A DNA stretch of 64,000 nucleotides from Thermoplasmata archaeon (GTDB lineage: Archaea > Thermoplasmatota > E2 > JACPAO01 > JAHFTW01), in the NCBI GenBank assembly GCA_034667725.1, contig JAXDQS010000010.1, forward strand, positions 423,171 to 487,170, given 5' to 3'. The notes below the pieces were generated by a model. That model made no database searches. It was given only the letters and a program-made list of their open reading frames with translations, and was not told the origin of the DNA. This document shows, piece after piece, positions 29,130-39,989 of the stretch. The position numbers were made by a program, and so were the translations under genes. How positions within the stretch are numbered: the stretch's first letter is position 1; each line of letters opens with the position of its first letter.

Positions 29130-31139
29130 ATGACCTTGGCCGACGGCAAGCAATTCGAGGAGCTCCCGCCGCCCGCGCAGTGGATCAAAGGCGAGCCGTT
29201 CACCACGACGGCCGACATCCAGGTGCCCGAGAAGCTCATCGACCAGGTCATCGGGCAGGACCACGCCGTCACCGTCGTCCGCAAGGCCGCGGAGCAGAAG
29301 CGCCACGTCATGATGATCGGCGACCCCGGCACGGGCAAGTCGATGCTGGCGCGCGCCATGACCGAGTTCCTGCCCAAGGAGGAGCTCGAGGACGTCATCG
29401 CGTACCCGAACCAGGAGGACAACAACACCCCGCGCATCCGTGTCGTGCCGGCCGGCAAGGGCAAGGAGATCGTCGACGCCCAGAAGTTCGAGGCCCGCAA
29501 GCGCCAGGAGCAGCGCAGCGTCATGATGAACCTCCTGATGTTCATCTTCCTCGGCATCGGCATCTTCGTCGCCATCCTGTACCGCAACCCGCTGTACTTC
29601 TTCCTGTCCGCGGGCATCGTCTTCATCCTCTACATGTTCAGCCGCAACCCCGCCATGGGCCGGCAGGTCCAGTTCACCCCCAAGCTCCTCGTCGGCCACG
29701 ACCCCGACGACTCGCCCCCGTTCATCGACGCCACCGCCGCCCACTCCGGCGCCCTGCTTGGCGACGTCCGCCACGACCCGTTCCAGGCCGGCGGCTTGGA
29801 GACCCCCGCCCACGACCGCGTCGAGGCCGGCGCCATCCACAAGGCCCACCGCGGCGTGCTCTACATCGACGAGATCAACACCCTCGGCCTGCAGTCCCAG
29901 CAGCATCTGCTGACCGCCATCCAGGAGAAGAAGTTCCAGATCACCGGCCAGTCTGAGCGCTCCAGCGGCGCCATGGTCAAGACCGAGCCCGTCCCCTGCA
30001 ACTTCATCCTGGTGGCCGCCGGCAACCTCGACGCCCTCCAGGGCATGCACCCGGCGCTGCGGTCCCGCATCCGCGGCTACGGCTACGAGGTCTACGTCCG
30101 CGACCAGATGGAGGACACCGACGACAACCGCCGCAAGCTCACCCGCTTCGTGGCGCAAGAGGTCCACCGCGACGGCAAGATCCCCCACTTCGACCAAGGT
30201 GGCGTCGCGGAGATTATCCACGAGGCCCAGCGCAGGTCCGGCCAGAAGGGCAAGCTGACGCTACGCCTCCGTGAACTGGGCGGCCTGGTGCGCGTCGCCG
30301 GCGACCTTGCCAAGGAGGACAAGGCCCCCGTCGCGACCGCCCAGCACATCCTCCGCGCCAAGTCGGTGGCCCGCAGCCTCGAGCAGCAGATCTACGACCG
30401 GCACATCGAGAACAAGCAGAAGTACCAGCTCATCACCGTCGAAGGCGCCGCCGTCGGCATGGTCAACGGACTGGCCGTGTTCTCGGCCGACGCCAGCATG
30501 TCGGAGCACTCCGGCATCGTCATGCCCATCGTGTCCGAGGTGACGCCCGCGTCGTCCCGCGGCGAAGGCAAGATCATCGCGACCGGCAAGCTCGGCGAGA
30601 TCGCCAAGGAAGCCGTCCAGAACATCTCGGCGATCTTCAAGAAGTTCCTCGCCGAGGACGTCAGCAACCACGACGTCCACATCCAGTTCGTCCTGGCCCA
30701 CGAGGGCGTCGAGGGCGACTCGGCCTCCGTGTCGATCGCCACCGCCGTCATGTCCGCCCTGAGCCGCGCCCCCATCCGCCAGGACGTCGCCATGACCGGC
30801 AGCCTGTCGGTCCACGGCCGCGTGCTGCCCGTCGGCGGCGTCACCGCCAAGATCGAGGCCGCCGCCAAGCTCGGCATCAAGACCGTGCTCATCCCGAAGG
30901 CGAACCTGGTGGACGTCCTCATTGAGGACGAGTTCAAGGACAAGGTCCAGGTCGTCCCCTGCGACACCCTGTTCGACGTGCTGGAGTACGCCTTGGACGA
31001 CACCCCGAAGAAGACGGAGCTGCTGGCCAAGCTGCGCGCCTTGGAGATGAACCTCCCCGGCGGCCCCACCAAGGCCCGCCCCGCCGACCTGCCCACCAAG
31101 GACGAGGTCCGCGCGGTGCCGCGGCCGCCCCGCCCGTAG
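29130..31139 (+). CDS. lonB: Archaeal membrane-anchored ATP-dependent protease LonB
   Basis: GDPGTGKS, TM insert, LGDVRHDP, VEGDSAS, VGGVTAKIEAA. Confidence 0.96.
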   Translation: MTLADGKQFEELPPPAQWIKGEPFTTTADIQVPEKLIDQVIGQDHAVTVVRKAAEQKRHVMMIGDPGTGKSMLARAMTEFLPKEELEDVIAYPNQEDNNTPRIRVVPAGKGKEIVDAQKFEARKRQEQRSVMMNLLMFIFLGIGIFVAILYRNPLYFFLSAGIVFILYMFSRNPAMGRQVQFTPKLLVGHDPDDSPPFIDATAAHSGALLGDVRHDPFQAGGLETPAHDRVEAGAIHKAHRGVLYIDEINTLGLQSQQHLLTAIQEKKFQITGQSERSSGAMVKTEPVPCNFILVAAGNLDALQGMHPALRSRIRGYGYEVYVRDQMEDTDDNRRKLTRFVAQEVHRDGKIPHFDQGGVAEIIHEAQRRSGQKGKLTLRLRELGGLVRVAGDLAKEDKAPVATAQHILRAKSVARSLEQQIYDRHIENKQKYQLITVEGAAVGMVNGLAVFSADASMSEHSGIVMPIVSEVTPASSRGEGKIIATGKLGEIAKEAVQNISAIFKKFLAEDVSNHDVHIQFVLAHEGVEGDSASVSIATAVMSALSRAPIRQDVAMTGSLSVHGRVLPVGGVTAKIEAAAKLGIKTVLIPKANLVDVLIEDEFKDKVQVVPCDTLFDVLEYALDDTPKKTELLAKLRALEMNLPGGPTKARPADLPTKDEVRAVPRPPRP

Positions 31140-31174
31140 GCCGCCGGCGCAACCTCCAAGAACCGCCTGTCGGC

Positions 31175-31669
31175 TTGGCCCGCGTGCGCGCACTCGTGGT
31201 CGGGCGGTTCCAGCCGCTCCACAACGGCCACGCCAAGCTCATCAAGCAAGCGGTCGAGGAGTGCGTCGACGTCACCCTCGCCATCGGCAGCACCAACGCC
31301 AAGCCGAGCCTCCGCAACCCGTTCACCACCGCCGAGCGCGTCCAGATGCTCCAGGCCGTGTTCCCCGGGCTGCGCATCCTCGAGCTGCCCGACCTCAACG
31401 ACCCGCCCCGCTGGACCCTCGAGGCCATCCAGGCCGCCGGCGGCGTGGACCGCGTCTACGGCAACGACCCGGCCACGACCGGCCTGTTCGAGCTGGCAGG
31501 CGTCCCCGTCGTGAGCCCCGGCCTGGTCGAGCGCGAGAAGTACGAGGCCACCAACATCCGCCGCCTCATGGCCGAGGACGACCCCGCCTGGCGCAAGTGC
31601 GTCCCGCCGCAGGTCGTCAAGCTGCTGGACCAGTGGCAGGCGCCGAAGCGGCTGCTGCTGATGGCGTAG
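31175..31669 (+). CDS. nadM: Nicotinamide-nucleotide adenylyltransferase
   Basis: GRFQPLHNGH, IGS, NPFTTAER. Confidence 0.88.
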   Translation: MARVRALVVGRFQPLHNGHAKLIKQAVEECVDVTLAIGSTNAKPSLRNPFTTAERVQMLQAVFPGLRILELPDLNDPPRWTLEAIQAAGGVDRVYGNDPATTGLFELAGVPVVSPGLVEREKYEATNIRRLMAEDDPAWRKCVPPQVVKLLDQWQAPKRLLLMA

Positions 31670-31677
31670 GTGCCCGC

Positions 31678-32034
31678 GTGAAGGCCTTGGCGCTCGCAGG
31701 GCTGGCCCTCGTGGCCCTTCCGGGCTGCCTAGGGAACGAATGCTGGACCAACACCGACGCCACTTGGCACGACCCCGGGCTCGCCGCGTTCGCGCGCACC
31801 GGGGAGCGGTGGTCCACCTCCGACAACGTCACGTGGCGCGGCGTGCCCAAGGAAGGCATGGCGACCCTCACGGTCACCGCCGACGGGGTCGCGCAGGCCA
31901 CCACGGTCGCCCAAGAGCGGCTTGGCGGGGACGAGGCGCAGGCCCGCATCGCCCGCCAGTTCGCCTCCGTGCCGGCCTGGCCCGAGCCCAGCTTCGAGGG
32001 ATTTGCCGTGCGCTATCCCAGGGCTTGCGTCTAG
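31678..32034 (+). CDS. Hypothetical lipoprotein
   Basis: GTG start, lipobox LPGC. Confidence 0.55.
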   Translation: MKALALAGLALVALPGCLGNECWTNTDATWHDPGLAAFARTGERWSTSDNVTWRGVPKEGMATLTVTADGVAQATTVAQERLGGDEAQARIARQFASVPAWPEPSFEGFAVRYPRACV

Positions 32035-32097
32035 GCGGCGGCGCCGGCCCGCGTCCAAACCCTTCATATCGCCACACCCCTCGCAAACCTGCCCCGA

Positions 32098-33894
32098 ATG
32101 CGCATCGCCGTCCTCCTTGCCGACCGCTGCCAGCCCAAGATGTGCCAGCAGGAGTGCATCCGCTTCTGCCCGCCCGTCCGCAGCGGCGTCGTGGACACCA
32201 TCAAGATGAGTGCCGAGACCAACAAGCCGGTGATCAGCGAGGAACTGTGCATCGGGTGCGGCATCTGCGTCAACAAGTGCCCGTTCGACGCCATCCGCAT
32301 CATCGGCCTGCCGCAGGCGCTGGAGACCGACCTCGTCCAGCAATACGGCAAGAACGGCTTCCGCCTGTTCAAGCTCCCCGTCCCCAAGCTCGGCGCCGCC
32401 ACCGGCATCCTCGGCCCCAACGGCATGGGCAAGACCACCGCCATCAAGGTGCTCGCCGGCGAGGAGGTCCCCAACCTGGGCGCGTGGGAATCCAAGCCGT
32501 CGTGGGACCCCGTCCTGGACAAGTACCGCGGCACCGAGCTGGGCGAGTACCTCAAGGCGGTCGTGGACAAGGGCGTCCGCACCGCCCGCAAGCCGCAATA
32601 CGTGGACCAGCTGCCCAAGGCGTTCAAGGGCCGCGTCCGCGACCTGTTGAAGAAGGCCGACACCGACGGCCGCTGGGACCTCGTCGTGCCGCGCCTCAAC
32701 ATCGACCACGTGCTGGAGCGCGAGATGGAGCAGGTCAGCGGCGGCGAACTGCAGCGCATCGCCATCGCGGCCACCCTCCTCAAGGACGCCGACGTCTACT
32801 TCTTCGACGAGCCCAGCAGCTACCTGGACATCCACGAGCGCCTCCGGGTCGCGCAGGTCATCCAGGACCTGGCGCAGAAGAAGCGCGTCATCGTCATCGA
32901 GCACGACCTCGCCATCCTCGACTTCCTCACCGAGCAGATCCACCTGGTCTACGGCGAGGAGGGCACCTACGGCGTCATCACGCCGGCCCGCAACGTCCGC
33001 CACGGCATCAACACCTACCTGGAGGGCTTCCTGCACGAGGAGAACATCCGGGTCCGCGAGGAGGCCATCCGCTTCGAGGCCCGCCCGCCCCGCCCCAAGA
33101 CCGAGCTGATCGACCTGCTGGACTTCCCGGCCCTCCGCAAGGACCTCGGCAACTTCAAGCTCGAGTCCGAGCCGGGCACCATCCACCACGGCGAGGTGGT
33201 CGGCGTCGTCGGCGCCAACGGCACCGGCAAGACCACGTTCGTCAAGATGCTCGCCAACGTCCTGCCCCCGGACGGCGACGTCAAGCTGCCCGACGTCAAG
33301 GTCAGCTACAAGCCGCAGTACGTCAAGGCCGACTTCGAGGGCACCGTCAAGGAGCTGCTCTCCGCCCAGGCCCCCGAGCTACTGATGGCCGGCTTCGCGC
33401 AGGCCGAGATCGCCCGCCCCATGACCCTTAAGCCGCTCTTGGAGAAGCAGGTCCAGGCGCTCTCCGGCGGCGAACTGCAGCGCGTCGCCGTGTCCTTGGC
33501 CTTGCACCGCGACGCCGACATCTACCTGCTCGACGAGCCGTCCGCCTACCTCGACGTCAACCAGCGCATCCAGGCCGCCCGCACCGTGCGCCGCGTGATG
33601 GAGAAGAAGGCCCGCTCCGCCCTCATCGTCGACCACGACGTCTACTTCCTCGACCTGGTGTCCGACTCGATGATGGTGTTCGGCGGCGAGCCCGGCACCC
33701 ACGGCAAGGCCGGCGGTCCCTATCCGCTGCGCGACGGCATGAACCGCTTCCTCAAGGGCGTCGGCGTCACGTTCCGCCGCGACAACGAGACCAAGCGCCC
33801 CCGCATCAACAAGGTCGACTCCCGGCTGGACCGCGAGCAGCGCGCCGCCGGGGAGTACTACTACGCACCGGCGGAGCCGGGCGACACCAAGTAA
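32098..33894 (+). CDS. rli1: Ribosome recycling ATPase ABCE1/Rli1
   Basis: Two Fe-S motifs (CIGCGIC), two ABC domains with SGGELQR, GEYYY. Confidence 0.97.
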   Translation: MRIAVLLADRCQPKMCQQECIRFCPPVRSGVVDTIKMSAETNKPVISEELCIGCGICVNKCPFDAIRIIGLPQALETDLVQQYGKNGFRLFKLPVPKLGAATGILGPNGMGKTTAIKVLAGEEVPNLGAWESKPSWDPVLDKYRGTELGEYLKAVVDKGVRTARKPQYVDQLPKAFKGRVRDLLKKADTDGRWDLVVPRLNIDHVLEREMEQVSGGELQRIAIAATLLKDADVYFFDEPSSYLDIHERLRVAQVIQDLAQKKRVIVIEHDLAILDFLTEQIHLVYGEEGTYGVITPARNVRHGINTYLEGFLHEENIRVREEAIRFEARPPRPKTELIDLLDFPALRKDLGNFKLESEPGTIHHGEVVGVVGANGTGKTTFVKMLANVLPPDGDVKLPDVKVSYKPQYVKADFEGTVKELLSAQAPELLMAGFAQAEIARPMTLKPLLEKQVQALSGGELQRVAVSLALHRDADIYLLDEPSAYLDVNQRIQAARTVRRVMEKKARSALIVDHDVYFLDLVSDSMMVFGGEPGTHGKAGGPYPLRDGMNRFLKGVGVTFRRDNETKRPRINKVDSRLDREQRAAGEYYYAPAEPGDTK

Positions 33895-34697
33895 GGCTGC
33901 CTCCCGCCTGACGCGCGCAGCCGCGCGACGTTGCGCGCGCGGACCTCCTCCTCGACCCGGGCCACCAGCGCCAGCGCCTCGTCCATCTCCGCCGCAAGCA
34001 GGGCCTTGGCTTGCCGGCGCGCGGCCACGGCCGCCTGGAACGCGAACGCAAGCACCAGCGCGTCGGTCGCGGCGGCCGCGACGGCCACGGCGAACGCCAC
34101 CGCGCGGGCCGCCATGGGCGCAGCGCCGCAGTGGACTTGGCAATCCACGAGGGAGGGCGCCATCGCCCAGGCCGCGAACCCAGTGAAGGACAGCAACGGC
34201 ACGGCGACAAGCCCGGCCGCAAGCAGCATGGCCGCGCGCCGGCGGGCACGCAGCCCGGGGCTGGTGCCCTGCGCCAACGGCTCGACCGTCGCGCGAAAAT
34301 CCTGGAGCATGGGCTCGTCGAGGAGCCCGGCCAAGTAGAAGCCGCGCGCGTCCTCGAGCCGCGGCGCCAAGAGCCGGCGGGCCGCCGCTGCCCGCCGCTT
34401 GGCGGCGAGGGCCGGCATCGCGGTGGCAATGCCATAGAGGCCCAGCGTGAGGGCCGGGAAGGCGACGGCCAAGCCCATGTCGCCCGCGATGTCCAGCCGC
34501 TCCTCGCAGGCGTGGTAAGCCGGCGACCCGCGGACGTTCGACTGGTCGCACTCGAGGATGGACGGGAGGATGGCGACGTAGAAGGCGACGAGGCCGACGA
34601 CGAGCAAGGCGACGGTGGCCAGCGCGCGCCGCAGCGGCGAGCGGGATGCTTCCCCGTCGATGAGACGCACGACGGCCCGTCCCGAAGGAGCTTGCAT
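33861..34697 (-). CDS. Hypothetical multi-TM protein
   Basis: Four hydrophobic helices; overlaps the rli1 3' end. Confidence 0.55.
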   Translation of the reverse strand: MQAPSGRAVVRLIDGEASRSPLRRALATVALLVVGLVAFYVAILPSILECDQSNVRGSPAYHACEERLDIAGDMGLAVAFPALTLGLYGIATAMPALAAKRRAAAARRLLAPRLEDARGFYLAGLLDEPMLQDFRATVEPLAQGTSPGLRARRRAAMLLAAGLVAVPLLSFTGFAAWAMAPSLVDCQVHCGAAPMAARAVAFAVAVAAAATDALVLAFAFQAAVAARRQAKALLAAEMDEALALVARVEEEVRARNVARLRASGGRQPYLVSPGSAGA

Positions 34698-34764
34698 CGC
34701 CCAATGAGTCGGGTGCGGCTAGAAAAGCCGAGCCGGGGACGTGGTTGGCCGGGGGCCGCCGCGC

Positions 34765-34898
34765 ACGCGAAGCGAAAGCCCGCAGGGCTTTCGCGAACGG
34801 GTTGCGATGCGAAGCGAGCAACCTTCAGCGCCCTAGCCGGCTGGGGGTCCGGGGCGCGCAGCGCCCCGGCTCGCAGGCGGACAGGCGGAGCCTGTCCG
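34765..34898 (+). repeat. GNA-triloop hairpin element (REP-like)
   Basis: Four hairpins with C-GCA/GAA/GGA-G loops; GCGAAGCG motifs. Confidence 0.8.
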
Positions 34899-34900
34899 TG

Positions 34901-35860
34901 CTAGAGCCAGTCCCACTTCCTCGCGATCATGTACGCCGGCACCATGCTGCCCAGGATCACCAGGCTGGCGAAGCGGAAGTCCCAGCCGGGGAAGTTGTTG
35001 CCGAAGTTCATGCCGAACAGCGTCCCCACCACCATCGGGATGGTGAGGACCAAGGTGATCCCGGCCAAGCGCTTGACGACGAGGTTGGTCTGGTTCGTCA
35101 GGGTGGCGTTGTAGGTTTCCTGGGTGAGGATGGCCAGTTCCTTGACGTGCTCCAGGCGTTCCGAAAGCCTGGTCATGTGGTCGGCGACGTCGCGGAGGTA
35201 GATGCAGGTCTCCTCGCGGATGTTGGGGTGCTCGCCCTTCTCCAGCGCCACCATCGCCTCGCGCATCGGGAAGATGGTCTTGCGGGTCTGCGACACGATG
35301 CCCTTGAGCTCCTGGATCTTCCTGAGCTCGTGCCGCTCGGGGCTCTCCAGCACGCCCAGCTCCAGGACCTCGATGCGGTCCTCCAGCTCGTCCATGAGCG
35401 GGAAGTAGGCGTCCACGATCGAGTCCAGCACCTGGTAGAACACGTTGTCGATCGATTGGCTCTTGGCGGTGGCGCGGCTGGCCATGAGCCGCTTCTCGAC
35501 GGCGTCCAGTTCGGACACGGGGTCGGTGCAGCAGGTGATCAGGAAGTCGGGGCCCAAAAACAGGCCGACGGTGAGCCACGACATCTCGTCGTTGGCGCGG
35601 TCCCAGCGCGGTGCCCGGGCCACCACGAAGGTCAGGTCGGGGTAGTCCTCCACCTTGGGGCGCTGGCGGTGGTTGCGGACGTCCTCAATGGCCAGCGGGT
35701 GGAGGTTGAACACCGCGCCGAGGGTGTCGAGCTTCTCCTGCGCCAGGCCCTCCAGGCGGATCCAGACATGGGTCGGTCCCCAGGCCAGGTCGCGGGCGGC
35801 CTCCGGCGCAAGCTCGCCCGATTGTCGCCACGCGCCTCCGTCGCAGGCGAGCACACGCAT
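34901..35860 (-). CDS. corA: Magnesium transporter CorA
   Basis: FNLHPLAIED, QRPKVE, YLRDVADH, FGMNF. Confidence 0.94.
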   Translation of the reverse strand: MRVLACDGGAWRQSGELAPEAARDLAWGPTHVWIRLEGLAQEKLDTLGAVFNLHPLAIEDVRNHRQRPKVEDYPDLTFVVARAPRWDRANDEMSWLTVGLFLGPDFLITCCTDPVSELDAVEKRLMASRATAKSQSIDNVFYQVLDSIVDAYFPLMDELEDRIEVLELGVLESPERHELRKIQELKGIVSQTRKTIFPMREAMVALEKGEHPNIREETCIYLRDVADHMTRLSERLEHVKELAILTQETYNATLTNQTNLVVKRLAGITLVLTIPMVVGTLFGMNFGNNFPGWDFRFASLVILGSMVPAYMIARKWDWL

Positions 35861-35976
35861 GGGCTCGCGTATTCAGGAATGCAGTATTTGGAGACGGCCG
35901 GTCGGGGTGCGGCGGGCTCCAACGCCGGTCCCGCCTGAAGGGCAACCGTCAAGAGGCCCGGCCCCTAGAGCGCGCC

Positions 35977-37142
<1,166 letters not shown>

Positions 37143-37158
<16 letters not shown>

Positions 37159-37397
37159 GCCGCCAGCTCGGGGTGGCTGCCCGCCTGGGCCTGGATTTCT
37201 CGCCAGCGCCGCGCCCGCCGGAGCTGGTCGTGGATGCGCTCCTTGCGCTCGCGGGGCGCGCGGGCGTGCACGATGGCGGCCACGGCGTCGCGCTGGAAGC
37301 CCGGCGCCCAGGCCTCGAAGTCGGCGCGCGCGGTCGGGTCGGTGAGCAGCACCCGGGCCAGGTCGGCCGGAAGCTCCGTCCCGTGGCGGCTGCGCAT
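37143..37397 (-). CDS. YdeI/OmdA-like small protein
   Basis: LPADLARVL..ARADFE..ARAPRERKERI. Confidence 0.55.
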
Positions 37398-37450
37398 GTG
37401 CAGAGCCTATGCGCGTCCAGGCAAAAACCGCTCCCATGGGGGCAACAGGG

Positions 37451-37657
37451 TCAAAGGGCGCGCAGGCAGGCCAAGGCGTCGTCGAGGGTCCGCAAGAGCC
37501 CCATCGGCGAGCCGGCGGCGGCGTCGAGGACCAGGGTCGTGCCCTCGCACCGGCTCTTGATGTGCCCGCCGTCGTCCGGCGCCAAGGCGGCCTGCGCGCG
37601 GCGGGCGGCCGCGGCCGACGGGAACGCGATCCGCAGCGTCCCTTGGTTGGCGCTCAC
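37451..37657 (-). CDS. pcc1: KEOPS subunit Pcc1
   Basis: ALAPD, LLRTLDDAL; GTGA overlap with the DHH gene; conserved rps15-DHH-pcc1 order. Confidence 0.75.
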   Translation of the reverse strand: MSANQGTLRIAFPSAAAARRAQAALAPDDGGHIKSRCEGTTLVLDAAAGSPMGLLRTLDDALACLRAL

Positions 37658-39015
37658 GCGGCCTCCAGGAAGCCCTGCGCCACCAGGGCGTCGTCGAGCG
37701 CGGCCAAGAACGCGTCGACGTCGGGCGCCGGCACGACGGCGCCGGCCGCGACCGGGTGGCCGCCGCCCTCCCGCCCCACCGCGCGCGCGGCGGCCTGGCA
37801 CGCCCGCCCGAGGTCGAGGCCGCGGCGCACGTGGCCCTCCAGCGCCCGCGTCGAGGCCTGCACCAAGCCGTCGGGGCGCTGGGCGAGGACCGCGAGCGGC
37901 AGCTCCTGGCGCACGATGTGGGTCATGCCGATGCCCGCCACCATGCCGGTGTAGTCGGCCCGCTCGGTCCACGCCACCTGGACGGCCCGCAGCCGCTTGG
38001 TGCCTTGGTCGCGCAGGACTCGGAGGCCGGCGACCAGCTTCTGCTTGTAGGCGGCGAAGCAGGCGGCGGCGTCGCGCCTGGCCGCGGCGTCGCCCATCAG
38101 GTAGGCGATGCCTGTGGCGGCCTGCCCCTCCCGGCCGCAGGCGTCCACGATGCGGAAGGCGTGGCGGAGGCTGACGCCGAGCCTGGCGCCGTGGTCGGTG
38201 GGGACGACCAAGGCCGGCACGAGGTGATGCTGGCCGGCAGCCATCAGGCGGAGCGCAAGGCCGGACACGAGCCGGTTCTGGGCCTCGCGGTCGAGGTCCT
38301 CGACCTCCAGGCCCGGGTCGATGCGCTGCGCCTCCAGCCAGGCGCGCGCGGCGGCCGGCTGGTCGAGGCCCGGGATGCCGATGCGGCTGTGCGCGATGGC
38401 CTCCGCCAGGTCGGCGCCGACCAGGTGGGACTGGGGCACGGCGACGACGTGGCCGGCGGCGCGGGCGCGCTCCAGCAGCTCCAGGTTCCACCCCTGCCAG
38501 GAGGGCGTGTGCTGCCAGTCGCCGATGGCGCCCGCAAGTGCTGCCGGTGCCCACGCCAGCGCCTTGTCGCCCGCGAGCGCCAGCGCGAGGGCGGCCGCGG
38601 TGGTGGCGGCGGAGGCGTCGCGCGACCCGTCGAGGCCGGCGGCGCGCGGGTTCAGCAGCACCACCATGGGGTCCGTGGGCGGCTCGCCGACCAGGTTGTG
38701 GTGGTCCACCACCAGCACGGGCCGGCCGGCGCGGGCGGGGTCGGCGGCGAGGTCCGCGAGGTGGCTGGTGCCCTTGTCGAGCAGCATCACGGCGTCGCAG
38801 CCCGGCTCCCACAGCGCCGCGTAGGCCGCCGCCGTCTTGTCGCGGCTGGCCCGGATGGTGAACCGCTGCCCCACGGCCAAGAGGGCCTGGGCGGCGACGG
38901 CGGCGGCCCCGAGGCCGTCCGCGTCCGTGTCGCACGCCAGCAGCCACCGCGTGCCCGCGGGGCGGGACCGCACCAGGGCCGCGGCGCGGGCGGCGGCCTC
39001 CTGGAAACGGTCCAT
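37654..39015 (-). CDS. DHH-family phosphoesterase (RecJ-like)
   Basis: DTDADG, LLDKG, VDHH, GAIGD, GGGHPVAAG. Confidence 0.88.
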   Translation of the reverse strand: MDRFQEAAARAAALVRSRPAGTRWLLACDTDADGLGAAAVAAQALLAVGQRFTIRASRDKTAAAYAALWEPGCDAVMLLDKGTSHLADLAADPARAGRPVLVVDHHNLVGEPPTDPMVVLLNPRAAGLDGSRDASAATTAAALALALAGDKALAWAPAALAGAIGDWQHTPSWQGWNLELLERARAAGHVVAVPQSHLVGADLAEAIAHSRIGIPGLDQPAAARAWLEAQRIDPGLEVEDLDREAQNRLVSGLALRLMAAGQHHLVPALVVPTDHGARLGVSLRHAFRIVDACGREGQAATGIAYLMGDAAARRDAAACFAAYKQKLVAGLRVLRDQGTKRLRAVQVAWTERADYTGMVAGIGMTHIVRQELPLAVLAQRPDGLVQASTRALEGHVRRGLDLGRACQAAARAVGREGGGHPVAAGAVVPAPDVDAFLAALDDALVAQGFLEAA

Positions 39016-39039
39016 GGCCGCCGCAGGGACGCGGCGGGT

Positions 39040-39225
39040 TTAACCCTGGAACCCGAGCGCCTTGTGGGCGCCGTCGCAGTAGGGCTTGCTTGCGCTGTGG
39101 CCGCAGCGGCACAACGCCCCGTTCTCGGCGGTGACGACCGAGCCGTCCGGCATCTGCACCTGCACGGGCAGGCGGATCAGCAGCGGTCCGTTGGCGAGCA
39201 TCTGGAGGTGCGGCGTGTCCGGCAC
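39040..39225 (-). CDS. CDGSH iron-sulfur domain protein
   Basis: NGPLL and LCRCGHSASKPYCDGAH. Confidence 0.85.
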   Translation of the reverse strand: MPDTPHLQMLANGPLLIRLPVQVQMPDGSVVTAENGALCRCGHSASKPYCDGAHKALGFQG

Positions 39226-39299
39226 GAAGGACGCCAGGGCGGGGGTGGTCTTGACGAGGCCGCTTATGGGAGGGCTACCGGTCAAGCGCAGGCAACCAA

Positions 39300-39352
39300 G
39301 AAAACGCAAGAAGGGAGGGAGAAGGAAGGGAGGAGGAGCGGGCTTGCGCCCA
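39300..39352 (-). terminator. Hairpin plus pyrimidine tract downstream of rps15 and its duplicated end
   Basis: GTGGGCGCAAGCCCGC followed by a C/T run on the minus strand. Confidence 0.45.
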
Positions 39353-39359
39353 CGACGGT

Positions 39360-39462
39360 TCAGTCGACTAGCAGGCGGGCGCCGGCGCAGTGGGACGGGC
39401 CGGCCTGCGGCCGAGCCCTATGCACCCTTCCGCCGCCCGGGCCGTGGGCGACCTCGCTTCGC
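39360..39462 (-). repeat. GNA-hairpin element followed by a recoded duplicate of the rps15 3' end
   Basis: 39360-39388 matches 39463-39491 with 2 synonymous changes. Confidence 0.85.
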
Positions 39463-39894
39463 TCAGTCGACCAGCAGCCGGGCGCCGGCGCGGGTGTAAT
39501 TCCACGCCTCGGGCAGCTCGCCGCGCGACTGGTAGTACTTGGCGAGGCCGCGGATGCGGGCCTCCATCAGCTCCAGGCCGCGCAGGTTGTGCAGGTCGCG
39601 CGAGTTGCCGGCCAGGTGCTCCTGGAGGTGGATGGCGCGCTGGACCAGGTTCTGCAGGTCCTGGGGCAGCTTGCCGGAGATGCCGGCGTCGCGCATGATC
39701 TGGACGATCTTCTTGCCGGTGAGCTCCTGGACCGACGGGATGCCGTAGGAGTCGCGCAGGATGAGGCCGATGACGGCCGGCTGGCGGCCCTGCTTGGCCA
39801 ACTCCACGACCTTCGCCTCGGCCTCGCGGGGCAGCATGGGGACCCAGGACGGGGCGTTCTCGCGGACGGGCTTCGAGCTGGCGTGGCCGGACAT
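39463..39894 (-). CDS. rps15: 30S ribosomal protein S15 (uS15, S15P/S13e)
   Basis: IGLILRDSYGIP, LPQDL, DLHNLRGLELMEARIRGLAKYY. Confidence 0.95.
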   Translation of the reverse strand: MSGHASSKPVRENAPSWVPMLPREAEAKVVELAKQGRQPAVIGLILRDSYGIPSVQELTGKKIVQIMRDAGISGKLPQDLQNLVQRAIHLQEHLAGNSRDLHNLRGLELMEARIRGLAKYYQSRGELPEAWNYTRAGARLLVD

Positions 39895-39908
39895 GGGGTC
39901 TCAACGAA

Positions 39909-39960
39909 CCTGGACGCCCACGGTGCCATCCTTGCGGGACTGGCAGGATGGGCGGCCAAG
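39909..39960 (-). promoter_or_regulatory. Structured 5' leader of rps15 (candidate r-leader)
   Basis: Long stem CGCCCA/TGGGCG and TGCCA/TGGCA with a GCAA tetraloop, downstream of a TATA-like GATATAG. Confidence 0.5.
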
Positions 39961-39989
39961 CCTTCGGACAAAGGGCTGCTATATCAGGG

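Noticed and set aside
34700-34900. Duplicate of the corA 3' end beyond the hairpin element
   Set aside because: No ARKWDWL*-coding copy found on inspection.
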